A DNA stretch of 64,000 bases from an uncultured Verrucomicrobiae bacterium (GTDB taxonomy: Bacteria; Chlamydiota; Chlamydiia; Chlamydiales; Rhabdochlamydiaceae): positions 192,001 through 256,000 of the forward strand of contig CAWFUG010000011.1 in the NCBI GenBank assembly GCA_963818965.1. The letters run 5' to 3'. Below the pieces are notes generated by a model. That model saw only the letters and a program-made list of their open reading frames with translations, was not told the DNA's origin and searched no databases. This document shows, one piece after another, positions 50,612 to 59,486 of the stretch (its first letter is position 1; each line of letters begins with the position of its first letter). Both the position numbers and the translations under genes were made by a program.

Positions 50612-51392
50612 GCCGGTCGAAAAGAGGGAAGAGACTCTCTTCGATTTTTTTCTTTGGTTTGCGCGGACGGACGACTTTTTTTGGTTCCGTGAGTCCCGAG
50701 ATACATTCCTGAAGGCAAGAGATTTCTCTCTCTTTTTCCTTTAGTTCCTCTTCCATCGCCTTCAAGTGTCCGATGGCCTTGAGCTCCGTTTCGAGTTCAT
50801 CGACATCTCTCGCCTCGATCTCTTTTTGCAACGCTAAAAAGGCAGATTCGATCTGGAAGAACTCCCGTCTCGTCTGGTCTAGGACCTGGGCTTTTTCGAG
50901 AAACTGCTGGTGGATCTGATGATACCTGTGCTGCCAGTAGGCGCTTTCTTCCCGCTCTTCTGGGGTCAGCTCTTCTTGTGGAACGACGTTATGGTGCTCT
51001 GCGGTCTGTTTTATAGCCAAGGCAGCGCACTTCGACTCCAACGCCCGCATTTCCGAGCGAAAAACCGCGTCTTCAGCGGCTAAGAGACGAGAAGCTTCGC
51101 GCTGTCCCAAAAGGGTCAACCACCCACTCATTCCAACTGCCGCTGAGAACAGCCAAAAGCGCCAAGAAATCGCATATGAAAAACTGATGGTTCCACAGAG
51201 AAGTGCTAAGAAAACTAAAGAGCAAATGAATCCTTTTCCCTCCCATCTTCGGATGACGATCGTCCCGAAAAAAGCGCTGAGCAGAATCAATGCCTCAAAC
51301 GAGAACGCCTGAAAGAGCGAGAGCGTCGCAGCTGCCAGCAAAAACAAGGGACCGAGTTGGTACCAAAAGCTAATGCCGCGCTCTTCCCTCAT
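50574..51392 (-). CDS. membrane protein with C-terminal coiled coil
   Basis: About 4 N-terminal TM segments followed by an E/K/Q/L-rich helical region. Confidence 0.7.
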   Translation of the reverse strand: MREERGISFWYQLGPLFLLAAATLSLFQAFSFEALILLSAFFGTIVIRRWEGKGFICSLVFLALLCGTISFSYAISWRFWLFSAAVGMSGWLTLLGQREASRLLAAEDAVFRSEMRALESKCAALAIKQTAEHHNVVPQEELTPEEREESAYWQHRYHQIHQQFLEKAQVLDQTRREFFQIESAFLALQKEIEARDVDELETELKAIGHLKAMEEELKEKEREISCLQECISGLTEPKKVVRPRKPKKKIEESLFPLFDRLTTASESPLPPP

Positions 51393-52774
51393 TTCCCCCC
51401 CTGGGAGAGCAAATCGAGCACCCGCCCCATACTCACAAATCCGAGCTCAAATCGATCTAAAGCAAAATGCTCATTCGGCGCGTGAATGTCATCACTCGGA
51501 AGCGCTACGCCGATCATCGCGACCTCTGATTGAGAAGCGCGCTCGAGCTCTGGAACGATCGGAATCGAGCCTCCACTTAACACATAGTGACACTCTACCC
51601 CAAATACCTCGCCATAAGCTGTCGCCACCGTTTTGACGATTGCAGAATCGACAGGGCTGCGGTAAGCGGGTGCTCCTTCGAGGACATGCACACTCACTTC
51701 GATCCCTTGCGGAGCGTGCGCTTGGAGATGCTGCTCGACCAAGCGAGCAATTACAACTGGATCTTGACTTGGGACCAATCGGCACGAGAGTTTGGCAAAG
51801 GCCTTTGCGGGGATGACCGTCTTAAATCCCTTTCCCGTATAACCGCCCCACATCCCATTGATCTCTAACGTCGGTCTCAGTCCATTCGACTCTCGAATAG
51901 AGCGCCCTTTTTCATTGCAAAATGCTTTCACACCAAAGCTTTTTTGATACGACTCTTCATCGAAAGTGAGATCGAGATGAGCCTTTTGCTCTTTAGAAAG
52001 CGATTCTACAGCGTCGTAAAAATGGGCAATAGCCACACTCCCCTTTTCATCCCACAGAGAATGCAATATCTGCACGAGCGCGCGGTTGGGATTCAGTGCG
52101 ATCCCCCCATGGATTCCTGAATGCAAATCGATCGAGGAATTCGAGCACTGCACCTCAAGAGCGGTAATGCCCCGGATCCCCAAAGTGATCGCAGGCGTCT
52201 TCGCATCGATCATATCGGAATCAACGACGAGTAGATAATCTGCCTTCAATTCTGAACGCTTCTTTTGTAACACCTCTGCCGTTCCCTTACTCGCACACTC
52301 TTCCTCTCCCTCGATCATCACCTTGATATTGAGATCGATCTGCTGCGCCAATTGGAAAAAAGCCTTGAGCGCTGTGAGCGTGTAAAAACACTGTCCCTTA
52401 TTGTCAGATGCTCCCCGCGCATAAATCTCCTGATCCCTAATAGTCGGCTGAAACGGATCGCTCTTCCACAGCTCCAATGGATCGACAGGCTGTACATCGT
52501 AGTGGTGATAGATCAAAAGAGTCGGGCGATTAGGAGTCTGTGTGCGATAAGAACCAAAGACGACAGGAAGCCCCGAAGTGTCCCATATCTCTGTGGATAA
52601 TCCAAAGGCATTCATGTAGTCACAGAGCCAACGCGCCGTTTCGCGGCAGCGCTCGTGATACTGAGGATCCGCACTGATGCTTGGGAAACTCAAAAAGGTC
52701 ACAAAATCTTTCAAGATCAGCTCGCGATGGGTCTGGTACCATCTCTTTAACTGATCGATTGAAACTTGTGTCAT
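51389..52774 (-). CDS. M20 family dipeptidase
   Basis: HYDVQP, YARGASDNKG, EGEEE, DLHSG, GGSIP and HAPNE. Confidence 0.93.
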   Translation of the reverse strand: MTQVSIDQLKRWYQTHRELILKDFVTFLSFPSISADPQYHERCRETARWLCDYMNAFGLSTEIWDTSGLPVVFGSYRTQTPNRPTLLIYHHYDVQPVDPLELWKSDPFQPTIRDQEIYARGASDNKGQCFYTLTALKAFFQLAQQIDLNIKVMIEGEEECASKGTAEVLQKKRSELKADYLLVVDSDMIDAKTPAITLGIRGITALEVQCSNSSIDLHSGIHGGIALNPNRALVQILHSLWDEKGSVAIAHFYDAVESLSKEQKAHLDLTFDEESYQKSFGVKAFCNEKGRSIRESNGLRPTLEINGMWGGYTGKGFKTVIPAKAFAKLSCRLVPSQDPVVIARLVEQHLQAHAPQGIEVSVHVLEGAPAYRSPVDSAIVKTVATAYGEVFGVECHYVLSGGSIPIVPELERASQSEVAMIGVALPSDDIHAPNEHFALDRFELGFVSMGRVLDLLSQGGK

Positions 52775-52777
52775 ACG

Positions 52778-52987
52778 TTAGAATCCAGTCTGAAGCCGAC
52801 CTTGTGCACTTTGTAAGAGGTACTCTGCTAAAGTCGCATCTCCCTCATAGGTCATTTCTACTTCGATCTTACCATCCTCAGATGGCTCACTGCAAGTAAT
52901 GAGTACATAACACGCATTTTTTTCGCCGAGCACCAAATGCTTAGATTTCTTCTTATCGTCTTTTCCCTCATTAAAATCGACCAACAT
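52778..52987 (-). CDS. small conserved hypothetical protein
   Basis: GGAG RBS; ACYVLITCSEPSEDGKIEVEMTYEGD; 3 nt upstream of the dipeptidase start. Confidence 0.65.
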   Translation of the reverse strand: MLVDFNEGKDDKKKSKHLVLGEKNACYVLITCSEPSEDGKIEVEMTYEGDATLAEYLLQSAQGRLQTGF

Positions 52988-53114
52988 AGGTGCTCCCTTT
53001 TATACACACGTGCATATAACGGATAAATCGCACAGACCTGAATATTTCTGCAAAGAAAAAGCAATTAATATGCTGGGTGTATAGAGAGACCGTTGTTTTG
53101 GAAACATCTAATTT

Positions 53115-53519
53115 TTACGGAAGGAACCGTTTAGAGGACGTGTCGACTGGTGTGAGAGTTCTCGTCTTGCCAAACCATTGAAACCGGTGGCGCGCGACCC
53201 ATCGATAGAGCCAGTTGTAGAGAAAGGAGGGAAGAAAAGAAAAGAGGCCAGCGATTTTCCAGATGCTCCCTAAGAGCCAACAAGCGCGCAAGGCCCCTTT
53301 GCCAAAAAAGAACATCTTGGGGCGTGTCCGATAATTTTCTATAAGCACGAATGTCTCTGCTTTAAGAGTATGAGTTTCCAAAAACTGATGCGCTGTTTCT
53401 CCTTGAAGCGGCGTGAAGACAAAGCGGTGCTTCCGATCCTGCTTCAAAAAAAAACCCACCGTTCGATGACACAGACCACACGTTCCGTCATAACAAATGA
53501 GGTGCTTGGCTCTAAGCAT
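53115..53519 (-). CDS. DCC1-like thiol-disulfide oxidoreductase (DUF393)
   Basis: YDGTCGLC, F.FTPLQG and LYRWVARHRFQWFG. Confidence 0.88.
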   Translation of the reverse strand: MLRAKHLICYDGTCGLCHRTVGFFLKQDRKHRFVFTPLQGETAHQFLETHTLKAETFVLIENYRTRPKMFFFGKGALRACWLLGSIWKIAGLFSFLPSFLYNWLYRWVARHRFQWFGKTRTLTPVDTSSKRFLP

Positions 53520-53642
53520 TTTTAACTCCACTCTATTCCAAATACCAGCAAACACTCATATCCCAAAAGTTATTTTAAAATTCCCCTCCTACCGTTGAAA
53601 AATATTTCCTATAAATTGTTACAAGCTCCCAGCCTCATGGAA

Positions 53643-53672
53643 TTGACAGATTAGGGAGCTAGAGGTCATAAT
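53643..53672 (+). promoter_or_regulatory. putative htpX promoter
   Basis: TTGACA-18 nt-CATAAT upstream of ATG 53696. Confidence 0.55.
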
Positions 53673-53695
53673 GACCGCTTAAATGGAGTGGAACT

Positions 53696-54616
53696 ATGGC
53701 AGTCGCTAAGCGCGTTTTCCTGTTTGTCGTAATCAATTTTTTGGTGATCATCACCCTTTCGATCGTCCTCAGTCTATTCCACGTCGGGCCGTTTTTGAAA
53801 AACTATGGTCTCGATGTGCCGTCTCTTCTGATCTTTTGCTTGGTTTGGGGGATGGGAGGTGCTTTTATTTCATTGGCTCTCTCACGACAGATGGCGAAGT
53901 GGTTGATGGGTGTCAAAGTGATCGATCCTAACACCTCAAGCCCAGAGCTGCGCGCGTTGCTCTCTGTGGTTTATAAACTGGCAAAAGAAGCGCGGTTGCC
54001 TGCCCTTCCCGAAGTGGGGATTTTCGAATCGAAAGAAGCGAATGCCTTTGCGACAGGGCCGACGAAAAAGCGCTCTCTCGTCGCTGTTTCCACAGGATTG
54101 TTACAGAAAATGTCCCCAGGCGAACTCGAAGGGGTACTCGCCCACGAAATCACCCACATTGCCAATGGCGATATGGTGACGATGACGCTCATTCAGGGGA
54201 TCATTAACGCCTTTGTCATGTTCTTGGCGCGGATTTTGGCTTATGTCTTTTCTGGACTCGGACGGGACAGAAATCAGGGCGGCTCTGGCTCCTACCTTTC
54301 CTACTACGTGTTCGTCTTTTTATTCGAGATCGTCTTCATGGTCCTCGGCTCTCTCGTCATTTGCTGGTTCTCTCGCTGGCGAGAATTTCGCGCAGACAGC
54401 GGCGGGGCAGGTCTCGCAGGCAAGGAAAAGATGATCGCTGCCTTGGAGTGTTTGCAAAGAACGCAACAGATCCAAGATCCCCGTGTGGCTAAACCCTCTT
54501 TCCAGGCCTTCAAGATCTCTACTCAGAAGAAGAGCGGGCTGAGGGCTCTATTTGCAACTCATCCCCCTCTTGAAGATCGGATTGAGCGCCTGCGCAGCTT
54601 GCCGTTGCGTAGTTAA
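53696..54616 (+). CDS. htpX: zinc metalloprotease HtpX
   Basis: NAFATG, LAHEITHIANGDMVT, FSRWREFRAD and THPPLEDRI. Confidence 0.96.
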   Translation: MAVAKRVFLFVVINFLVIITLSIVLSLFHVGPFLKNYGLDVPSLLIFCLVWGMGGAFISLALSRQMAKWLMGVKVIDPNTSSPELRALLSVVYKLAKEARLPALPEVGIFESKEANAFATGPTKKRSLVAVSTGLLQKMSPGELEGVLAHEITHIANGDMVTMTLIQGIINAFVMFLARILAYVFSGLGRDRNQGGSGSYLSYYVFVFLFEIVFMVLGSLVICWFSRWREFRADSGGAGLAGKEKMIAALECLQRTQQIQDPRVAKPSFQAFKISTQKKSGLRALFATHPPLEDRIERLRSLPLRS

Positions 54617-54728
54617 GATTTATAAATTCGTACCCTTAAGAAAACTCAAAAATGCGACCTAATGAAGAAAAAATAACAGGATATTATCCTGTTATTTTTT
54701 CTTGTCAGGCTTGGTGTAATGAGCTCAA

Positions 54729-55538
54729 CTACTCCTGAGCTTGCACTTCCTCGGCTTGGCTCTCCCAATAGGTGTCGATTACCTTTTCGACAGCGCTGCG
54801 TAGGGAGGAGTTGACTTTGGGCAGGCGATTGACGACGGATTGAGCCCACTCGAAGTACTGATCGATCCGGGTTTGGCTCCAGTCGGAGGGAGGGTTGGTG
54901 AGGAGATCGGTCACGTTGTAGAGCTTGTCTGCCATCTTGATCTGTGCAGCTCCCTTCGATTTGTGGGAGGCTCCAGCCACTTGCATCCGTTTGCGCATTT
55001 CTGCGGAAAGGGATTTGTCATCTGTCATCTCTTTGACATAACCAGTGACGACGGGGCCAAATTTCTGTTGGAGCTCTTCGAAAGTCGTTTCTGTATCTTC
55101 TACTGTGTCATGCAAAAGAGCTCCTATGATCACAGCGGGATCCCTCACTTGTCCGATATCTACGAGATGATGCGCTACGCCGATCGGATGGGAGATGTAG
55201 GGGGTCTTCTCTTTGTTTTTACGCGTCTGGAAGCGGTGTTTTTCCGCAGCAAAATCGATCGCTCGGCTGATTTCCTGTATCTCGCTGACCGTCAATGCAT
55301 GTTCTTCAGAATAAGCCTTTAGAAGCGCTGAGGAGAAGAGATCGAATTTTTCCATGACGGTGTGGTCGTTGTGGGCGAGTTCTGCGACGTGGTCTCTAGA
55401 GCGCTTTAAAGTCTCCTCCACAACAGGATCTTCTCCAACCACCACTATCTCGACCTTTTTTTCCTCGAATACTTCCTCAGACATCCCACTTGCCGCAATA
55501 GAAACCATAACCAAAGATAAAACTAAACTTTTGCTCAT
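54729..55538 (-). CDS. Mesh1/HDDC3-like HD-domain (small alarmone hydrolase family) protein with N-terminal signal peptide
   Basis: HRFQTRK..PYISHP, ALLHDTVEDT, TDDKSL and IKMADKLYN; N-terminus MSKSLVLSLVMVSIAASG. Confidence 0.82.
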   Translation of the reverse strand: MSKSLVLSLVMVSIAASGMSEEVFEEKKVEIVVVGEDPVVEETLKRSRDHVAELAHNDHTVMEKFDLFSSALLKAYSEEHALTVSEIQEISRAIDFAAEKHRFQTRKNKEKTPYISHPIGVAHHLVDIGQVRDPAVIIGALLHDTVEDTETTFEELQQKFGPVVTGYVKEMTDDKSLSAEMRKRMQVAGASHKSKGAAQIKMADKLYNVTDLLTNPPSDWSQTRIDQYFEWAQSVVNRLPKVNSSLRSAVEKVIDTYWESQAEEVQAQE

Positions 55539-55627
55539 ACACCCCTACCCTATAAAGTTTTATTTGTAGGATAACAAACAAAGGGCAAAAAAACAACCCC
55601 CAAAAACATCTTTAAGAACCACATGAC

Positions 55628-55730
55628 GGCGCCATTGCATAAAGGGAAAGTAATACCACAGAGAGGGAAAACCACAGAGAAAAAATTCATAAAACAAATT
55701 TTCTCTCTGTGGTTTCCCCTCTCTGTGGTA
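55628..55730. mobile_element. ACCACAGAG-family palindromic MITE
   Basis: GGCGCCATTGCATAAA end plus TACCACAGAGAGGGAAAACCACAGAGAAAAAATT...AATTTTCTCTCTGTGGTTTCCCCTCTCTGTGGTA. Confidence 0.8.
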
Positions 55731-55739
55731 AAAACTTCC

Positions 55740-57074
55740 TTAAGAGCTGCGCGACAAGAGCGCAATGGGATGATCGAGAGCGACTAATGCATCTGCTTCC
55801 ATAGTAAAGACTTGGTGGGGATGGATGATGTCGCATAAATTTTTTAGACTCTCGCACTGAAGGACGATGAAATCGACTTCTGCCAGCGAAGAGAGGAGGG
55901 AAACGAACTCTTCATCGGGTGCGGAATCGCGGACATAGACGATCAATTTTTGAGAGGGGTCTTTAGAGGAGAGTTTTCTCAAGCTGCGGAAAAGACCTGT
56001 CGACATTCCGTGAGAACTATCGATACCGAAAACAGTGTAGCGCTTGCCCTTAAGTGCTTGTTGTAAGGCGAAGAGGTGCTCTTCGTCGAAGATTTTATTT
56101 TCGACGTCGAATTCTAAAAGGCGCTCTGCCACTTCAGAGAGGTTGATCCGCGCACACCCTAATCGCTCGATTGACATCCCTGCTGCGATGTTGGCCAGCT
56201 GAGCGCCGTAGCGGATATCGAGTTTATTGGCGACCGCAATGCTGATCATCGACAAGACAGTATCGCCCGCTCCGGTGACGTCTTTAACCTCTTTAGAGCG
56301 CACGGGAAAATCGAACTGTTGTCCCGCCTGATTGAAGAGGGAGATCCCCTGTTCTGAACGGGTGATCAGGACCATTTCCGCATGGCATGTATTTAAAATC
56401 AAAGAAGCCACTCGATCCAGAGGAGCATCTGGAGGGAGTTTTGCTGCGACATAAGCTTCTGCGAGGTTGGGCTTGATCACTGTAGCGCCCTCATACTTCG
56501 AAAAATCTGCCCCTTTTGGATCGACGATCACGGGGATCTCTTTGGCGCGTGCGCGATCGATGATCCCCTTCAAGAGCTCGCGCGACAAGAATCCCTTTGC
56601 ATAATCAGAGATCGCAATCGCTTGTACTTCTTCAAAGAGAGTAGGGAGTTGCTCGAGTAGCTGTTGCTCGAGTTGTTCTGGTAGCGGTGATACCGTCTCA
56701 AAGTCGACGCGGATCACTTGCTGCGATTCTGCGATCAGCCGATTTTTAACGGGCGTCTGATATCCCCTTTGCACGAGGAGATGGTCGATATCTACACCTT
56801 CTGATCGCAATGCGCTCTGGAGCTCTTCTCCTGCGCGATCATATCCGATCCGACCGACGGCGATGACTTCTGCCCCCAAAGAGACCAAATTCAAAACGAC
56901 GTTCCCTGCACCTCCGGGCCGACTCACCTCTTTTTCCACATGCAAGACAGAGACGGGTGCCTCTGGAGAAATCCGTTTGATCTTGCCCGTCGTGTAAGTA
57001 TCTAGCATAAAATCGCCGATGACGAGCACACGCACTCGACTGAACCGGCTAAGCATCCCGCTGAGCTTTACCAT
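55740..57074 (-). CDS. hldE: heptose-7-phosphate kinase (HldE/RfaE) with degenerate C-terminal nucleotidyltransferase
   Basis: GDFMLD, RISPEAPV, GGAGNV, ISDYAKG, VDPK and DVTGAGDT; the HxGH motif is not recognisable in the C-domain. Confidence 0.85.
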   Translation of the reverse strand: MVKLSGMLSRFSRVRVLVIGDFMLDTYTTGKIKRISPEAPVSVLHVEKEVSRPGGAGNVVLNLVSLGAEVIAVGRIGYDRAGEELQSALRSEGVDIDHLLVQRGYQTPVKNRLIAESQQVIRVDFETVSPLPEQLEQQLLEQLPTLFEEVQAIAISDYAKGFLSRELLKGIIDRARAKEIPVIVDPKGADFSKYEGATVIKPNLAEAYVAAKLPPDAPLDRVASLILNTCHAEMVLITRSEQGISLFNQAGQQFDFPVRSKEVKDVTGAGDTVLSMISIAVANKLDIRYGAQLANIAAGMSIERLGCARINLSEVAERLLEFDVENKIFDEEHLFALQQALKGKRYTVFGIDSSHGMSTGLFRSLRKLSSKDPSQKLIVYVRDSAPDEEFVSLLSSLAEVDFIVLQCESLKNLCDIIHPHQVFTMEADALVALDHPIALLSRSS

Positions 57075-58066
57075 CTCTCCCCTTTTAGCAAATAATTTCT
57101 GACGCAATCGATCACAGCATCCTCTACAGAATATTCACACAGAGGATCGGAGGGAGAAAGGCGCATCGCCTCTCTATACTTCGCCATTTCGGCACAGGTG
57201 TAGTTCTGGTACTGACCACCGAGATCTTTGGGCATATCGATGTACTTGATCTGAGGAGAGCGCTCCAACGCCTTGAATACGGCGCGTGCGAGCTCATTCC
57301 ACGTCGTCGCCACTCCTGACCCGATGTTGAAAAGACCACCCAGAGAATTTTTTAAAAATGCGCATGTCATGCGTACTGCATCTTTAACATAGAGGAAATC
57401 GCGGCGCTGATCTCCATCGGCAAAGTGCTGGGAATCGTTCGATTTAAAGAGTTGTACGACTCCCTCATTTTGGATGATAGGGAGCATTTTATAGACCATC
57501 GAGGCCATCCGCCCTTTGTGGTTTTCGTTAGGGCCGAAGATATTGAAATATTTCAATCCGACGATCCGATCGAAAACCCCTTGCTGCTTGGCCCACAGAT
57601 CGAAGGAGTGCTTCGAAAATCCATACAGATTTAACGGCTTTAATCGTTCGATCCCATCGAGATCATCCTGAAATCCCAGCGCTCCATTGCCATAGGTCGC
57701 AGCAGAAGAGGCGTAGATGAAACGCTGCCCATGAGTCAGAGCGTATTCTGCAAGCCGAATCGAATACCGGTAGTTATTCTCTAAGAGATAATCACCGTCG
57801 GTTTCTAAAGTATCAGAACAAGCTCCGAGATGGATAAATGCACCGATTTCATGCTCCCTTCCTTGGAGCCAGTGAAAAAGAGAGTGGCGCGATATCAAAT
57901 CGACCGATTTTTTCTGAATGAGGTTCTTCCATTTCTCTGTCTTCTTGATATCATCGACGAGAATCAAGTGATCGATGCCGAGATCATTGAGATAGCGGAC
58001 GCAACAAGATCCTATAAACCCTGCGGCCCCTGTGATAACGATGAGTGGATGTGATTGTTTACGCAT
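57068..58066 (-). CDS. hldD: ADP-L-glycero-D-manno-heptose 6-epimerase
   Basis: TGAAGFIGS, HLGACSDT, YASSAATYG, PLNLYGFSK, YFNIFGPNE-HKGRMAS and YQNYTCA. Confidence 0.95.
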   Translation of the reverse strand: MRKQSHPLIVITGAAGFIGSCCVRYLNDLGIDHLILVDDIKKTEKWKNLIQKKSVDLISRHSLFHWLQGREHEIGAFIHLGACSDTLETDGDYLLENNYRYSIRLAEYALTHGQRFIYASSAATYGNGALGFQDDLDGIERLKPLNLYGFSKHSFDLWAKQQGVFDRIVGLKYFNIFGPNENHKGRMASMVYKMLPIIQNEGVVQLFKSNDSQHFADGDQRRDFLYVKDAVRMTCAFLKNSLGGLFNIGSGVATTWNELARAVFKALERSPQIKYIDMPKDLGGQYQNYTCAEMAKYREAMRLSPSDPLCEYSVEDAVIDCVRNYLLKGERW

Positions 58067-58080
58067 AACGCATTATTATA

Positions 58081-58959
58081 TCAGACTTTTGGAAATTCAT
58101 ACCAGTGTCCGTATTGCCTACGGAGGGGTTGTACTAAAAAAGAGGAGAAATTTGAGGATTTATACCCAAGTGGACCCATTCGGGTCGAGTCTATCGTTTT
58201 TTCCCCAAAGAAACAGAGCATCGCCGTCCCGCTTCCCGTCATGATGACCTTCTCAAATCCCGCTCCTTTAAGCTCCTCTTTTAGAGTTTCTAAATAGGGC
58301 ATTAAAGTAAAGGCGGAAAATTCCAAGTCGTTAAACAGCTCTAAATCTCCTGCTAGCGCTCGTTTGACAAAGAGATCGGGATCCCTTTTAGGAAATTGAT
58401 CGATCACGCAGTTGCGGTAGACAAGAGGAGTTGAGAGACCAGCTTTTGGCTTTATGATCCAGAATGGTTCTAAATTCAGGGGAGGAAGGTCTTCCAATCG
58501 TTCACCTCTTCCTCTAGAATAAGCCGTTCCTGAAGAGAAAAAAAAGGGGGCGTCTGAGCTGAATTCACTCACCCACGAGGCGAGCTCGCGCTCCTCAATT
58601 CCCATCCCTGTGAGTTGATTCAATCCCCATAAAGTCGTCGCCGCATTCCCACTTCCCCCTCCGAGTCCTGCTTCGACCGGGATCTTCTTATCCAAACGGA
58701 TGCAGCAAGCCCCTTTCCATCCCGTCTTTTTGCGAAAGAGAGAGAGAGATTTCAAGATTAAGTTAGATTCGTCTCGAGGAATCGTCGAGTCTTCGCAGAA
58801 AAAAGCATCTCTCTCTTCTAATGAAATTTGAATTTCATCGAAGAGAGAGACCGCTTGTACTAAAGAGGCAATTTCGTGATAGCCATCCTCTCGCTTGCTT
58901 AACACGCGAAAAAAGAGGTTGACCTTAGCGGGAGAAAGGAGAGTGATTCCTTCCTTCAC
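58081..58959 (-). CDS. ispE: 4-diphosphocytidyl-2-C-methyl-D-erythritol kinase
   Basis: SPAKVNLF, REDGYHE, KKIPVEAGLGGGSGNAA and MTGSGT. Confidence 0.96.
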   Translation of the reverse strand: MKEGITLLSPAKVNLFFRVLSKREDGYHEIASLVQAVSLFDEIQISLEERDAFFCEDSTIPRDESNLILKSLSLFRKKTGWKGACCIRLDKKIPVEAGLGGGSGNAATTLWGLNQLTGMGIEERELASWVSEFSSDAPFFFSSGTAYSRGRGERLEDLPPLNLEPFWIIKPKAGLSTPLVYRNCVIDQFPKRDPDLFVKRALAGDLELFNDLEFSAFTLMPYLETLKEELKGAGFEKVIMTGSGTAMLCFFGEKTIDSTRMGPLGYKSSNFSSFLVQPLRRQYGHWYEFPKV

Positions 58960-58962
58960 ACC

Positions 58963-59475
58963 TTAAGCCTCGACATTGTCATTGTGCTGCTCTGGAGCTT
59001 GCTGCTCTGGAGCTTTTAGACTGCCCCCTTCACTCACAACCTCGAGAGTAATTTCCGCAGGAACTCCCTCTTTGAGTTTGAGGCGAATCGGATACACGCC
59101 CAACGCTTTGATCGGTGCAGTCAATTCCACATTACGACGCTCGAGAGAAATTCCTTGTTCTTCCAAGAGGCGTGCGATATCTGATGCATTCACAGAACCA
59201 TACATACGGCCATCTGGATCGACTTTGACTTCGACCGTAAGTACCATCCCTTCGAGTTTTTGGGAGGTCTCTTCCGATGCTTTACGATCGATTTCAGCGC
59301 GTTCTGAACGCTCTTTTTGCAGTCTCGCCTGCATTCTCAGCGTAAATTTATCTGCGACTACAGCCTTTTTTTGAGGCAGTAAAAAATTGCGAGCAAATCC
59401 CGGCTTTACCTTGACGAGCTCTCCGCTACGACCGATATCTTCGACATCTTCGAGCAGTAATAACTGATGTTGCAT
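58963..59475 (-). CDS. rplI: 50S ribosomal protein L9
   Basis: VKVKPGFARNFLLP, MYGSV and IKALG. Confidence 0.97.
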   Translation of the reverse strand: MQHQLLLLEDVEDIGRSGELVKVKPGFARNFLLPQKKAVVADKFTLRMQARLQKERSERAEIDRKASEETSQKLEGMVLTVEVKVDPDGRMYGSVNASDIARLLEEQGISLERRNVELTAPIKALGVYPIRLKLKEGVPAEITLEVVSEGGSLKAPEQQAPEQHNDNVEA

Positions 59476-59486
59476 ATCTCTTCTCC

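Noticed and set aside
53624..53660. AGCTCCC...GGGAGCT inverted repeat around the htpX -35 as a CIRCE/HrcA operator
   Set aside because: Does not match TTAGCACTC-N9-GAGTGCTAA in sequence or spacing
13383..55730. Palindromes as integron attC sites
   Set aside because: No consistent RYYYAAC...GTTRRRY ends, no integrase, and several copies follow core genes
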